Of a stretch of 64,000 bases of DNA, positions 27,839-38,671 are shown piece by piece. Origin of the DNA: Candidatus Obscuribacteraceae bacterium (lineage in GTDB: Bacteria > Cyanobacteriota > Vampirovibrionia > Obscuribacterales > Obscuribacteraceae); assembly GCA_044229845.1 (NCBI GenBank), contig JBGASG010000002.1:544001-608000 (forward strand), in the 5' to 3' direction. Within the stretch, counting starts at the first letter, position 1; each line of letters opens with the position of its first letter. The position numbers were made by a program, and so were the translations under genes. Below the pieces are notes generated by a model. That model had not been told where the DNA came from and did not search any database. It was given only the letters and a program-made list of their open reading frames with translations.

Positions 27839-30448
27839 ATGCAAGACCGTATCCGAATTTACGAACTGGCGCGGCAGATGGGTCTGACGAACCAAATGCT
27901 CATCGACACTCTGCGTGAGCTTGGTTTTGACGTGAAAAGCCATTCGAGCACGGTCGACAAAAACGCATTCCCGCTCCTGGTGCAAGCGCTCAACAAGAAG
28001 AAACAAGGTGATACCGCCGGTGCGCCCAAAGCGCCCGCCGCGGCAAAATCTGCGAAAACGCCTCCGCCTCCGCCCCCACCGCCCCCGGTTGTGAAGCCGC
28101 GCGTGCTTAACCGCTATCGCCCGACGCCACCTCCAGGTTCGGTACCGGAGACGCCACCTCCTCAAGAGGCGCCGCCCGCAGCTCCGGAAGTCGCCGAAAA
28201 ACCGGCAGCGCCCGCAGCACCAACGCCCGAGCCGGTCACCAACATGGCACCACCGGCACAAGCCAAAGCGGAAACACCCGCTGCTCCGGAAAGCGCAGTT
28301 CAAGCAGATGCTGTCAAAGCTGCCGCTCCCGAAGAGGTCGACGAAAAGACCAGCATCAACAACAGCGGCAAAGCCGAAAATCAGAAACCTGCGGAGAAAG
28401 AACCTGAAAGTAAGTCTCAAGAAACATTTGATGCCACCCCAACCGATGACAAAGATGAGCCCGGCAAGCGGCTCAAGGGTGGTTTGTCCTCAGTGAAACC
28501 ATCAGCACCATCGGTACCAATTCGTATCGCAGCGCCGTCATTCCGCGCTACACCGCCGCGTCCGCCCAAGAATCATCGGCCACCGGGCGGTCATCACGGC
28601 CAAAAACGCGAAGAAAAGTCACGCCCGGCAGCTGCCACCATCGACGTCCCCAAAGTGATTACCATCACCGGTCCCCTGACCGTCAAGGACCTCGCCGAGA
28701 AGATGGCAGTCTCCGAAACAGAAATCATCAAACGCCTTTTCATGAAAGGCGTCATGCGCACCGTCAACCAGATGGTCGAGCCTGAACTGGCTCGCGACCT
28801 GGCAGCCGAGATGAACTACGAAGTCACTTCGCAAGAAGAGATGGCAGCGGCAGCCGCGGCGCAGGTCCAGGAAGAACAGGATGCGCGCTTGATGGCCATT
28901 CTGGAAGACGATCAAACGGCGCTGGTTACGCGTCCGCCGGTCGTTACCATCATGGGTCACGTCGACCACGGCAAAACCAGCTTGCTGGACGCCATTCGAC
29001 AAACCAAGTTCTTGCTGACCGACAAAGAAGCTGGTGGTATCACTCAGCACATCGGCGCCTATCACGTGGAAATTCCGCATGAAGAGGGCATCCGCCAGAT
29101 CGTCTTCCTGGACACTCCGGGTCACGAAGCGTTCACCGCCATGCGTGCCCGCGGAGCCAAAGTTACGGATCTGGCGATTCTGGTCGTTGCCGCCGATGAC
29201 GGTGTCATGCCGCAAACCATCGAAGCGATCGATCACGCCAAAGCCGCCAACGTACCGATTATCGTCGCCGTCAACAAAATCGATAAACAAGACGCCGACC
29301 CCGAACGCGTGCTCACTCAATTGATGGAGCACGGGGTGCTCGCCGACAAGTTCGGTGGAGACACGGTTACCGTGCCGGTTTCAGCGAAGAAACGTACCGG
29401 TCTGGATGACTTGCTGGAGATGATCCTGCTGGTCGCCGACATGCAAGATCTGAAAGCCAACCCCGAACGCGCCGCCACCGGCTACGTGATCGAGGCAGAA
29501 CTCAATCGTCAGAAAGGCGCCGTCGCCACCGTGCTTGTGCAAAACGGCACCCTGCGCGAAGGTGACTTCATGGTGGCTGGTTCCGCCATGGGACGTGTCC
29601 GCAAACTGCTCGACGACCACGGCAACGAAGTCAAAGCCGCCGGTCCGTCGATGCCTGTTGAAGTGCTCGGTCTGGATATCTCTCCGGCAGCCGGCGAACG
29701 GTTTGAAGTAGCCGAGTCGCAGCAAGCCGCCAAAATGATGGTCGAAGAGCGCAAGAGCCAGGAAGCGGATCGCCGCGTGCACCGCGTCACCCTGGAATCT
29801 CTGCACGACATGGTGGAGTCCGGCGAAACGCAAGAACTGGACATCATCATCAAAGCCGACATGCAAGGCTCAGCCGAAGCGATTGCCGACCAGGTACGCA
29901 AGCTGGCCAGCAAAGAAGTGGGCGTGCGCGTACTGCGCACCGCCGTTGGTGGTATCTCCGAAAACGACGTCAACCTGGCTGCCTCAGCCAACGCCATCAT
30001 CATCGGCTTCAACGTATCGCCCGACACCAATGCCGAGCGCGCCGCGGAAGTGGCGGGCGTCAGCATCCGCGAATACAACATCATCTATCAGATCATCGAC
30101 GATATCGAACTGGCTATGCAGGGCTTGCTGCAGCCGATCAAACAGGAAGTGGAGATCGGCAAAGCCGAAGTACGCGCTCTGTTCAAAGTCGGCAAAGGCA
30201 TGGTAATCGCGGGTTGCATGGTAATCGAAGGCAAAGTGCAGCGCAACTCCGTTGCCCGCATCGAAAGAGCCGGCGAAGTCGTCTACGAAGGCAAGATCGA
30301 TACACTCAAGCGATTCAAGGACGATGCTAAAGAAGTGGCGCAAGGCTTTGAATGCGGCATGAGCTTCGAGAAGTTCAGCGATATCAAAGAAGGCGACATC
30401 ATCAGAGCCTTCACGATTCAAGAAGTCAAACGAGAACTGACGCGCTAG
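27839..30448 (+). CDS. infB: Translation initiation factor IF-2
   Basis: RIYELA N-terminus, Pro-rich linker, [32 protein letters not shown] and LKRFKDD.KEV..GFECG; AAGGAGG RBS. Confidence 0.98.
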   Translation: MQDRIRIYELARQMGLTNQMLIDTLRELGFDVKSHSSTVDKNAFPLLVQALNKKKQGDTAGAPKAPAAAKSAKTPPPPPPPPPVVKPRVLNRYRPTPPPGSVPETPPPQEAPPAAPEVAEKPAAPAAPTPEPVTNMAPPAQAKAETPAAPESAVQADAVKAAAPEEVDEKTSINNSGKAENQKPAEKEPESKSQETFDATPTDDKDEPGKRLKGGLSSVKPSAPSVPIRIAAPSFRATPPRPPKNHRPPGGHHGQKREEKSRPAAATIDVPKVITITGPLTVKDLAEKMAVSETEIIKRLFMKGVMRTVNQMVEPELARDLAAEMNYEVTSQEEMAAAAAAQVQEEQDARLMAILEDDQTALVTRPPVVTIMGHVDHGKTSLLDAIRQTKFLLTDKEAGGITQHIGAYHVEIPHEEGIRQIVFLDTPGHEAFTAMRARGAKVTDLAILVVAADDGVMPQTIEAIDHAKAANVPIIVAVNKIDKQDADPERVLTQLMEHGVLADKFGGDTVTVPVSAKKRTGLDDLLEMILLVADMQDLKANPERAATGYVIEAELNRQKGAVATVLVQNGTLREGDFMVAGSAMGRVRKLLDDHGNEVKAAGPSMPVEVLGLDISPAAGERFEVAESQQAAKMMVEERKSQEADRRVHRVTLESLHDMVESGETQELDIIIKADMQGSAEAIADQVRKLASKEVGVRVLRTAVGGISENDVNLAASANAIIIGFNVSPDTNAERAAEVAGVSIREYNIIYQIIDDIELAMQGLLQPIKQEVEIGKAEVRALFKVGKGMVIAGCMVIEGKVQRNSVARIERAGEVVYEGKIDTLKRFKDDAKEVAQGFECGMSFEKFSDIKEGDIIRAFTIQEVKRELTR

Positions 30449-30469
30449 TTAAAGTCAGGAGGTGGCCAT

Positions 30470-30826
30470 ATGTCTACGCCTCGTCATTTGCGGGTCTCGC
30501 AATCTATAAAACGTGAGTTGTCGGAGATCATTCAGCGTGAGCTGAAGGATGACCGCATCGCCAGCGTCGTTTCTATCACCGATGTTGAATGCTCCAACGA
30601 CTGCCGCCGGGCGAAAGTCTTCATCTCGGTCTTCGGCGATGAAGAACAGCAGAAGAGCACCATGGAAGCTCTCACTGAACGCACCGGCTCGCTGCGCGGC
30701 GAACTGTGCCGCCGCCTCTCGCTGCGTTTCGCTCCCGAACTGATGTTTAAACTAGACACCTCGCTCGAGCGCGGCGCTAAAGTTTCTGCCTTGCTCTCGC
30801 AAATTTCGCGCGGCGAAATCCCCTAA
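30470..30826 (+). CDS. rbfA: Ribosome-binding factor A
   Basis: LKDDRI...VSITDVE.S.D...AKVF and LRFAPEL.F.LD.SLE motifs; directly after infB. Confidence 0.95.
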   Translation: MSTPRHLRVSQSIKRELSEIIQRELKDDRIASVVSITDVECSNDCRRAKVFISVFGDEEQQKSTMEALTERTGSLRGELCRRLSLRFAPELMFKLDTSLERGAKVSALLSQISRGEIP

Positions 30827-30843
30827 ATCTGAGCTGAGCAGCA

Positions 30844-31794
30844 ATGCCTCTGCAGGGATTCATCAACGTCGACAAGCCCGCTGGACTGACGGCCCATGAC
30901 GTCGTGGCTCGCCTGCGCAAAGTTTTGCGCGTTAAGCAAATCGGGCACGCCGGCACCCTTGACCCAATGGCGACCGGCGTCCTGCCGATCGCCGTCGGCA
31001 AAGCCACTCGGCTTTTGAGATTTCTCGACGGCACTAAGGTCTATAAAGCGGACATCCTGCTGGGTCGTCGAACCACAACCGACGACATCGAAGGTGACAC
31101 GCTCTCTACCTTCGATGGTCAATACCCCGCACCAGATGTGGTGCAGGCGGAGTTGCAACACTTTGTCGGCATTCAGCAACAAGTGCCGCCGCTCTACTCA
31201 GCCGTGCACATGGACGGGCGACGGCTTTACGAAATGGCACGCTCGGGCGAGGCACCCCCACCTGATGCCATACCGCCACGGCAGGTAGAGGTGCATTGTT
31301 TGGAGATCCTGGAAAACGCCCCGCCCAAGGTGGTCATTCGCATCCGCTGTGCCGCCGGTACCTATATAAGGTCCATCGCCCGCGATTTGGGCGAACGGCT
31401 GCATTGCGGCGGCTGCCTGCAGGGGCTGATTCGGGAGAATGCCGGTCCCTTCAGCCTGACCAATTCACGCAGCCTGGAGGACATCCAAGCCCTCGTCGAG
31501 CAGAATCAGGAGCACGGACTTTTCGAAGACCCACTGGCGCTTTTGCCGCTTCCTGCTATGGTATTGAGCAAGGAGGAGGCACAAGCCATCTGTCTAGGGC
31601 AGTCGGTCAAATTGCCTGCTCAAACTGCTAAGTTACCCGAAACCGAAAGCAGTAATTCGGAGTCATTGAGTTATGTCCATGTCATGCTCTGCTATAACAA
31701 GCAACTGATTGCCATCGGACAGGCGCATTCCCAGGACGGCACAACAACCGTCAAACCAGAGGTAGTCATTCGCGATGGAAAAGACATCGGTTGA
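30844..31794 (+). CDS. truB: tRNA pseudouridine(55) synthase TruB
   Basis: DKPAGLT.HDVV, GHAGTLDPMATGVL, PPLYSA and GTYIRS motifs. Confidence 0.96.
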   Translation: MPLQGFINVDKPAGLTAHDVVARLRKVLRVKQIGHAGTLDPMATGVLPIAVGKATRLLRFLDGTKVYKADILLGRRTTTDDIEGDTLSTFDGQYPAPDVVQAELQHFVGIQQQVPPLYSAVHMDGRRLYEMARSGEAPPPDAIPPRQVEVHCLEILENAPPKVVIRIRCAAGTYIRSIARDLGERLHCGGCLQGLIRENAGPFSLTNSRSLEDIQALVEQNQEHGLFEDPLALLPLPAMVLSKEEAQAICLGQSVKLPAQTAKLPETESSNSESLSYVHVMLCYNKQLIAIGQAHSQDGTTTVKPEVVIRDGKDIG

Positions 31795-32383
31795 CCGAGT
31801 GACATTACTGAACATAACGATCATCGTAGAAGCCTGTCTTCTGCTGGTGGCAACCGTCTGGGCGCAAGTGAGCAGTATCTCGCTGCCACTGAATATGGTG
31901 CCGCACTTCAAACAGATCGCCATCGGCGTCGGCGCCGGAACTCTGACTGCGGCAGTCTCCCTACTCTTGTTCAGGCTCGGCAAATCTGTCGACGCGCTCG
32001 CTCCATTGCGCGAGATTGTCTTCAAGACCCTGGTCCCGATGTTTTCCGAGACCCGCGTGCTTGACCTGATCGTCGTCGCCGCGCTCTCCGGCTTTTGCGA
32101 AGAGGTGTTTTTCCGCGGCATCGTGCAATCTCAGTTTGGACTGTTCATCGCGGCTCTCGCCTTCGGACTGTTTCATGACCCGACCTTCCGGCACGTGCCC
32201 TACGCAATCCTGGCGTTTCTCTCAGGGCTGTTCTTAGGTTGGCTCTACATGGTCACCGGGAATCTCTGGGTGCCGATTACCGCTCACACAGTCCACAACT
32301 TGATTTCTCTTTATATTCTGCGATTTAAGATAAAGCCCCCCGACAATCCGCTCGAGGACTCCACTTCGGTGAAAGCGCCATAA
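31775..32383 (+). CDS. CPBP (CAAX/Abi) family intramembrane glutamic endopeptidase
   Basis: EEVFFRG, FGLFH and HTVHN motifs within a hydrophobic protein. Confidence 0.9.
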   Translation: MEKTSVDRVTLLNITIIVEACLLLVATVWAQVSSISLPLNMVPHFKQIAIGVGAGTLTAAVSLLLFRLGKSVDALAPLREIVFKTLVPMFSETRVLDLIVVAALSGFCEEVFFRGIVQSQFGLFIAALAFGLFHDPTFRHVPYAILAFLSGLFLGWLYMVTGNLWVPITAHTVHNLISLYILRFKIKPPDNPLEDSTSVKAP

Positions 32384-32415
32384 CAGCGCTATGATACTCA
32401 CAGGGAGAACGAGCG

Positions 32416-33654
32416 TTGGCAATTTCGATTCCTGAGGGTTTCGGGCGCAATGTCGGCCTGATTGCTTACAAAGAGATTCTTTACGGATCTCGCGATCCCG
32501 ATGTGCTGATATACGGCTTGCTGCTGCCCCTGATTCTTTACCCGATCATGTTTATCGGGTCGGGCGAATTTGCCTTCTGGCTGCTCGGTCAATTCGAAAA
32601 ACGCATTGCCACCATCGGCGTCACCTACACTCCCGACCTGCGCTACGAAATCGTCAAACACTCCCTGCAGGAAGTAAAAAACTTCAAGGTCGTCGATTCC
32701 ACAGATCCGCAGTCAGACCTCAAAAGTCATCGCGTCGATGCCGTAGTGATCTTCGATCAAGAGAAGAAACATCGCGTCTTCATCAAACTACCCGGCGCCA
32801 ACTTAATAGACAAAACCAGTCTGCTGGCTATGGCTTCGATCCTCTCCGAACAGGAAAAGCGCATCGACCAAGCAGCGAAGGATGCCGGTATCACCAAAAG
32901 CGACCGCCAGATATTTACGACCAAAACTATCGACGTCGCCCCCAGCACATCGCAACAAAAAGTCGTGCCACTGGAGGAATTGCGAGGTATTCCCGTGGCG
33001 ATCCTGGCTTGCGTACTGCTGGTCTGGGTGCACGTGGCGTTATGCGCAGGACCACCGGCAGCGGTGATGTTTGCCGAAGAGCGCGAAAAGAAGACCCTGG
33101 AGACGACGCTTTTGCTGCCGCCCACCCGCATGGTCGTGGTGCTCGGCAAATTTCTCGCCACCAAGCTGATCGCGCTCGGATCTGGATCTATGTATCTGGT
33201 CGGCTTCGGCATTACGTTTCTCGCCCTGGAGTTTAGCGTGCACGCGCGCACCGGCAAAGGCAGCATCATGGCATCGATGATGCCGCAGGTGGTGGTATCG
33301 CCGGAGTCGTGGGTAATGCTGGCAGTCACCATCTTGCTCTCCAGCGCCGTCTGCGCAGCCGTCTATCTGGCATCTACCGTCAAAGCCAGTACGTTCAAAG
33401 AAGCGCAGGCCTACATCACGGTGCCGGTGCTCTTCTTCAGCTTCATCCCCTTCATGGTGCTGGTGCCGGGCATCGAATTGGATATCTGGACGGCACTGGT
33501 GCCGGTGCTAAATTTGTTTCTGACGCTCAAACGCGGTGAGCCCCACCTGCTCTATACGAGCATCGCCGTCATCTCCATGCTGGGCATCATCATCGGCTGC
33601 CTCTATTTCTGTGCTCACTCACTGAATGTCAAAGCATCACAAAATCTTGGCTGA
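32416..33654 (+). CDS. ABC-2 type exporter permease (NatB-like)
   Basis: KEIL...RD...L, a large extracytoplasmic loop, AEEREKKTLETTLLLP..R..VVLGK and A.TFKEAQ.Y motifs. Confidence 0.85.
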   Translation: MAISIPEGFGRNVGLIAYKEILYGSRDPDVLIYGLLLPLILYPIMFIGSGEFAFWLLGQFEKRIATIGVTYTPDLRYEIVKHSLQEVKNFKVVDSTDPQSDLKSHRVDAVVIFDQEKKHRVFIKLPGANLIDKTSLLAMASILSEQEKRIDQAAKDAGITKSDRQIFTTKTIDVAPSTSQQKVVPLEELRGIPVAILACVLLVWVHVALCAGPPAAVMFAEEREKKTLETTLLLPPTRMVVVLGKFLATKLIALGSGSMYLVGFGITFLALEFSVHARTGKGSIMASMMPQVVVSPESWVMLAVTILLSSAVCAAVYLASTVKASTFKEAQAYITVPVLFFSFIPFMVLVPGIELDIWTALVPVLNLFLTLKRGEPHLLYTSIAVISMLGIIIGCLYFCAHSLNVKASQNLG

Positions 33655-33666
33655 GGTTTAGAAGAT

Positions 33667-34419
33667 TTGTCGATAGAAGTAAAAGATCTGCGCAAGAAAT
33701 TCTTTGACCCCAATCGCGGTGAGTTTTTTGCTGTCGATGGTGTCTCGTTCGATTGTCAGCCGGGTAAAACATTCGGGCTGCTGGGTCCGAACGGCGCCGG
33801 CAAGACTACCATCATGCGCCTGATTGCCACCATTCTCGAGCCGACCTCCGGCACCGTCGTGGTCGAAGGCTTTGATGTGACGAAACAACCGGCGGCGGTT
33901 CGCAAACATATCGGGTTTCTTTCCGCCGACACAGGACTCTACGAGCGCCTGACGCCCCGCGAAATCCTCACCTACTTCGCCCGACTCAATCAAGTGCCGG
34001 AGGCGAAAATCGCGGCTCGCGTCAACGAAGTGATCGAACGACTGGCGATCACTCCTTTTGCTTCAACGCTCTGCGACAAGCTTTCTACGGGCATGAAACA
34101 GCGCGTCTCCATCGCCCGCGCCATTGTGCACGACCCACCGGTTTTGATCCTTGACGAACCGACTTCGGGGCTGGATGTGATCGGTATTCGCGCCATTCAC
34201 GACTTCGTCAATGAGTGCAAGCACAAAAACAAATGCTTGCTCTTCTCCACGCATATCATGGCGGAAGCGGAAAAGTTGTGCGACCAGATTGCCCTGCTGC
34301 ATCACGGCAAGATATTTGCCGTCGGCACCCTCGATGAACTGCGAGCCGAGACCAATGAACATTACCTCGAAGATGTCTTCTTGAAGCTGGTGCCGGAGGG
34401 CGCGGATGAACTGGTCTGA
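33667..34419 (+). CDS. ABC exporter ATP-binding protein (NatA-like)
   Basis: [17 protein letters not shown] (NatA-type signature), [16 protein letters not shown] and STHIM.E.EKLCD. Confidence 0.92.
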   Translation: MSIEVKDLRKKFFDPNRGEFFAVDGVSFDCQPGKTFGLLGPNGAGKTTIMRLIATILEPTSGTVVVEGFDVTKQPAAVRKHIGFLSADTGLYERLTPREILTYFARLNQVPEAKIAARVNEVIERLAITPFASTLCDKLSTGMKQRVSIARAIVHDPPVLILDEPTSGLDVIGIRAIHDFVNECKHKNKCLLFSTHIMAEAEKLCDQIALLHHGKIFAVGTLDELRAETNEHYLEDVFLKLVPEGADELV

Positions 34420-36373
34420 CATCGGCATAGTCTTCCGCAAAGAACTGCTGCAAACCACGCGCAACAAGAAAACGCTGGTGGTGATGGTGCTGATTTTAAT
34501 CATGCAACCACTGATAGTGGCGCTCGCCGCTAAGGTGCTGGAGAACAGAATTACCAATCGCATGCCGCCGCCTTTTACGCTGATCATCGTCGGAGCTGAT
34601 GCCGAGTGGGTTGCGAAGTGGTTTACCGACAGCAAGGTGATACACACCGACGTGCGCCCTGACGGCAAGCTGCAAACCATACTGGAGCAGGCGGTAGCTA
34701 AGGGCAGCGATAAGATCGTGCTCTCCGTTCCTGCAAAGTTTCGCGAGCAAGTCGAAACCCACGCCGCCAAGGTGCCGGAGCTGGACATTTACGCGGACAA
34801 CCGGCAGGACAACGGACGGCAGATGCGCCTGGTCAACGAGCGCCTGGTTCGCGCCCGCCGCGAATTGTCCGAAGTGATCATGAAAAAGACCGACGTGCCG
34901 GAGGTGCTGCACAGGCAGCTTGATGTTCGTTTGGCTACCGTAGCCAGCAACCAGCAGCGCGCCGGCGCCCTGATCGGCGTCTACCTGCCGATCGCGCTGG
35001 TGATGATGGTGATGACCGTCACTCTATATGCATCGACAGATTTGCTGACCGGTGAGCGAGAACGCGGAACACTAGTGCTTCTGATGGTGTCCCCAGTCGC
35101 GCGCCGAGACATACTAATCGGCAAGATGCTGGTAGTCGTGGGTCTGGCTGCGTTCGCCAGTGCCTTGCTCATTCTGCTCAATGTGGTCTTCCTGCACTTT
35201 ACCGTCCACAAAGCCATTGATACAGCGGGTTTCTTCGACTTTCGCATTCCGTGGAGATCAGCTTTCCTGTCGATTTTGCTGGTCATGCCGCTCGTCCTGT
35301 CGTCCAGCTCAATCTCGATGGCGGTTGCTTCCTACGCGCGCAATTACCAGCAGGCGCAGTCTTATTACACCCTCCTGCTCTTGCTGGCGCTGCTGCCGGC
35401 ATCGGCTCAACTCCTGCCGACCATTGAGTATCCACCGGCTATAGCAATTTTTCCAATCGCCAATATCAGCATTTGTGTGCGCGACCTGTTCACTGGTCAG
35501 TTGCAACCGGGTCTCTTGATTGCGACGGTTGTTTCGTCCTGCCTGTACGCAGCGGGTCTGACTTATGTTGCGCTGCGGCTTTTCGATTCTGAGCACTCCG
35601 TCTTCCCTCAGGACGAGCCCGCGGGAAGCGCTCGTGGCTTCCGGAGACTGACGCTCACCTACCTGAGCTGCGTGTTTCTTTTCTACTTCACGGTCGGTCA
35701 AGCAATTCAGGCGCAGGATGTATTGGTTGGAATCATCGTTTCACAGTTTCTTCTGATTGCCGGACCCAACTTCCTCTACGCCCTCTGGATGAAACTGCCC
35801 GTCAAAGAATTTCTGGGCTTCAAGAAACCTCTCAACTGGCGCTCGCTCGTCGCCGCACCGTTTCTTGCCCCGGCAACCATTGCAGCCAGCAGCGCCCTCA
35901 TGGCAGTGCAGGATCTGTTCTTGCCGTCGCCGAAGGCACTGGAGGAAATGATGATTTCACTGATCATTCCTCCGGGCAAACCGATCTGGTTGGTGTTCGC
36001 GGCGATTGCTGTGACACCGGCGATCTGCGAAGAAATTCTGTTTCGCGGCGCAGTGCAGCGCAGCCTGTTAAAGTCCCTGACACCGCGAGTCGCGCTGATC
36101 TTGACGGCGGTGGCGTTTGGACTTTTTCACATGAGCACATTCAGGTTTCTGCCGACCACTCTGCTCGGACTGGCATTTGGTTATTACTCCTGGCGGCAAA
36201 ATTCCATATACCCGACGATTATTCTGCACGGCTGTCATAACGCGCTGGCTACCGCCATGGTGGTCTACCACCTGAACATCATGTCCGCTCAGGGATTGCT
36301 CGTGCTGGCGGCATCATCGGCAGTGGCGATATTTATTTTGCGTTCGAATCAGCGCCAGTCCGTTCAGGCGTGA
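34406..36373 (+). CDS. NatB-like ABC permease fused to a C-terminal CPBP intramembrane protease
   Basis: GERERGTL.LLM.SPV.R..ILIGK permease motif, then EEILFRG, FGLFH and HGCHN CPBP motifs. Confidence 0.9.
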   Translation: MNWSDIGIVFRKELLQTTRNKKTLVVMVLILIMQPLIVALAAKVLENRITNRMPPPFTLIIVGADAEWVAKWFTDSKVIHTDVRPDGKLQTILEQAVAKGSDKIVLSVPAKFREQVETHAAKVPELDIYADNRQDNGRQMRLVNERLVRARRELSEVIMKKTDVPEVLHRQLDVRLATVASNQQRAGALIGVYLPIALVMMVMTVTLYASTDLLTGERERGTLVLLMVSPVARRDILIGKMLVVVGLAAFASALLILLNVVFLHFTVHKAIDTAGFFDFRIPWRSAFLSILLVMPLVLSSSSISMAVASYARNYQQAQSYYTLLLLLALLPASAQLLPTIEYPPAIAIFPIANISICVRDLFTGQLQPGLLIATVVSSCLYAAGLTYVALRLFDSEHSVFPQDEPAGSARGFRRLTLTYLSCVFLFYFTVGQAIQAQDVLVGIIVSQFLLIAGPNFLYALWMKLPVKEFLGFKKPLNWRSLVAAPFLAPATIAASSALMAVQDLFLPSPKALEEMMISLIIPPGKPIWLVFAAIAVTPAICEEILFRGAVQRSLLKSLTPRVALILTAVAFGLFHMSTFRFLPTTLLGLAFGYYSWRQNSIYPTIILHGCHNALATAMVVYHLNIMSAQGLLVLAASSAVAIFILRSNQRQSVQA

Positions 36374-36552
36374 GCGATCACGGAATCGTGCGGAGTTGCG
36401 GTGTCCAATTTTGTGCCGTTCCGGGTATACCCATGTACCAATGGCGAAACGTCCCCGCATAGCCTAGTCTGGTGAACCCCGTCCCTCATGTCCGCGCATT
36501 TCCGTGCGCGGTCGTGGTAGCCGGACGCACCAAAGCGTGCGGAGGAATTATC

Positions 36553-37494
36553 ATGTCGCCACAACCCGAGCTGGATGCGACTTATCGCCCAGCTGAAAAT
36601 CTTCACTACGAGTCTCAGCCGAATCTCGACAATCTACAAGATTATCGTTTGCCGTTGACTCCGGTGCATAGCCAGGAATCCATTGCCGCAGTCAAGGACT
36701 CTTCGAAGTCGAAATCGGATCACGGCGGCAGCGGCTTGCTGCGCGATGTGGTTTCCATCGGCTCTTATGGATTGACTATGCTCGCTCTGAGTAAATTCAC
36801 CCCACTACCAACGACTGTCAAAATGGCGGTTGGTCTTGTCACCGCCGGTGCCACCAGCGATGTGCTCAAAGACGGCCGCTTAAATGGACCGATTGCCGAC
36901 TTCGGTACGTACGCTCGCGGAGCAGGCATGGCTCTGGCTGCCCACGGAGTGTGGCAGATGGAAATGGGTTCGAGCATGGCGGCGGGGTCGGGAAGTTATG
37001 CTCGAGCGATGCAGCTTAGAGCATCCGGACTGGAACCGATTGCACAAGTCTCAACCAAGGACACTGTCCTTGCATACTTGAATCCCGCCAACATCTTCGG
37101 ACGAAATAATGCTGCTGCCGTCGAGGTTGCATCCCTCCTGTCGCCTGAAGGGCTTATTGCAATGCAAAAGAACGTCGCCGCCTCTAACTTCTATCGACGA
37201 GTTGGAGGAGCCTTGCTCCTATCGACTGCCGGGCAGGTAACCAAATTTGCGGACGGCAGCGTGGAGTTTAAGAGCATTCCCAATGCCATTGAGAAGACTG
37301 CGGCTTCAGGGCTTCTCTTTTCTGCTCTAACCAATGTGGTATTTCCGATTCACAACTCAAAGATAGGCGTCATTCGCAATGTGCTTGGCTACAAGTATGT
37401 ATGGGACTACCAGAATAACGACGAGTTGATCCCGAGTGTGAAATTGCCGAAAATCGATCTGCCATCGGCGATCACGGGAGCAGCTGATCAATAG
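36553..37494 (+). CDS. Hypothetical protein with Gly/Ala-rich hydrophobic helices
   Basis: GGAGGA RBS before ATG 36553; acidic/disordered N-terminus followed by several weakly hydrophobic helices. Confidence 0.65.
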   Translation: MSPQPELDATYRPAENLHYESQPNLDNLQDYRLPLTPVHSQESIAAVKDSSKSKSDHGGSGLLRDVVSIGSYGLTMLALSKFTPLPTTVKMAVGLVTAGATSDVLKDGRLNGPIADFGTYARGAGMALAAHGVWQMEMGSSMAAGSGSYARAMQLRASGLEPIAQVSTKDTVLAYLNPANIFGRNNAAAVEVASLLSPEGLIAMQKNVAASNFYRRVGGALLLSTAGQVTKFADGSVEFKSIPNAIEKTAASGLLFSALTNVVFPIHNSKIGVIRNVLGYKYVWDYQNNDELIPSVKLPKIDLPSAITGAADQ

Positions 37495-37545
37495 AAGCGG
37501 ACCAGAGTATACTTTTGGACTCTCCCAGAAATCTGAGGATTCGTC

Positions 37546-38499
37546 ATGAAAGCAGCTTGGCGCCGAGCATTGTCTGTCGCGGTTGTCGCGGGTTTCGTCT
37601 CACTTGGATTGACATCATGCGGAAAGGTGCCGGACTTCAGCGCCGCAGGGGCTCCCGATTTCGACAAGGCGGTCGACCCGCAATCTAAAGACACTGTTGT
37701 CAATAATTGGGAGATTCAAACGCTCACCCCGACTGGCGTCGATGAGAAAGCGATGAAGGTTCTCAAGGAAACTGTCGGCTCACCTTTGCAGCCCTTCAAA
37801 GAATCGGATGAGGCACGGCTGAGTAAAGCGTTCACCGATGCAGCCAGCCAACCGGGGCAGCCCGCCGGTAATGACAGCGGCGACGATGGAGATGACTCCG
37901 GCAATGGCGGTGGCGACGCTGCCGCAAGTGGCACACCGCCAGCGCAGCCGCAAGATTCGAATGCGCAAGCAGCAGCCACCCCACAGACTGCGCCAACACA
38001 AACCGCTGTAATGGATCAGTTGGCGGGCGGACCAGCCAAAGCACTCGGCGTCATGGCTGCGTTCAAAGATCCCAACAATGAAGACATCGGCATCCGCTAT
38101 GTGGAGATGTTGCGCAAGAAACTACCACACGGCTACATCGTGTTTATCACTGACAGCGACAAAGAAGGCGCGGGTTTCTTCGACGGCAACATCACCGTCA
38201 TGAAGAGCAGCGACCCTTACGAAATGATCAAAGCAGCCGGTACCGCAGGTGGTGGCTTATTCCACTCGGCAGGCAACGACGAAATCGTCAAACAATTCAA
38301 AGAATGGAACAGCAAGTACCCGCTGCACATAGTTAAAGCCAACCACGACACAGTGATAGCAGTTCTCGACAAAGTGCCGGAAGACCCGGACAAGCTCGGC
38401 AGAGAGGTGCATAAATTTGCGCCCGGTGACGGCAGTGCTAAAGCCAGCGACTTTATAGATGATGTGCGTCAGCGTCGCATTTATTGCTGGTGGGATTAG
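37546..38499 (+). CDS. Lipoprotein with probable C-terminal DUF4253 domain
   Basis: Lipobox LTSC; disordered linker; W..KY...I.....D, A/G.E...FAP and terminal WWD as in DUF4253. Confidence 0.7.
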   Translation: MKAAWRRALSVAVVAGFVSLGLTSCGKVPDFSAAGAPDFDKAVDPQSKDTVVNNWEIQTLTPTGVDEKAMKVLKETVGSPLQPFKESDEARLSKAFTDAASQPGQPAGNDSGDDGDDSGNGGGDAAASGTPPAQPQDSNAQAAATPQTAPTQTAVMDQLAGGPAKALGVMAAFKDPNNEDIGIRYVEMLRKKLPHGYIVFITDSDKEGAGFFDGNITVMKSSDPYEMIKAAGTAGGGLFHSAGNDEIVKQFKEWNSKYPLHIVKANHDTVIAVLDKVPEDPDKLGREVHKFAPGDGSAKASDFIDDVRQRRIYCWWD

Positions 38500-38671
38500 A
38501 TAGCCTGCGATCTATCTGATCCGTAATTCCCCCACCCTTCTTCTTGACATTTTGCATGCACCATCGCATGATCGATCCTCTTGCCCGCACTAACAAGAGA
38601 AAGCGCCCGAAGGGCGCTGATCGTCCCGCGCATAATTTGGTTTCTGCTGCCCATCTTCCTAGGAGCGGAAC

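Noticed and set aside
26348..30421. Long antisense ORFs over nusA and infB (for example 26348-27142, 28619-29332)
   Set aside because: These are typical shadow frames of strongly codon-biased genes and show no protein motifs.
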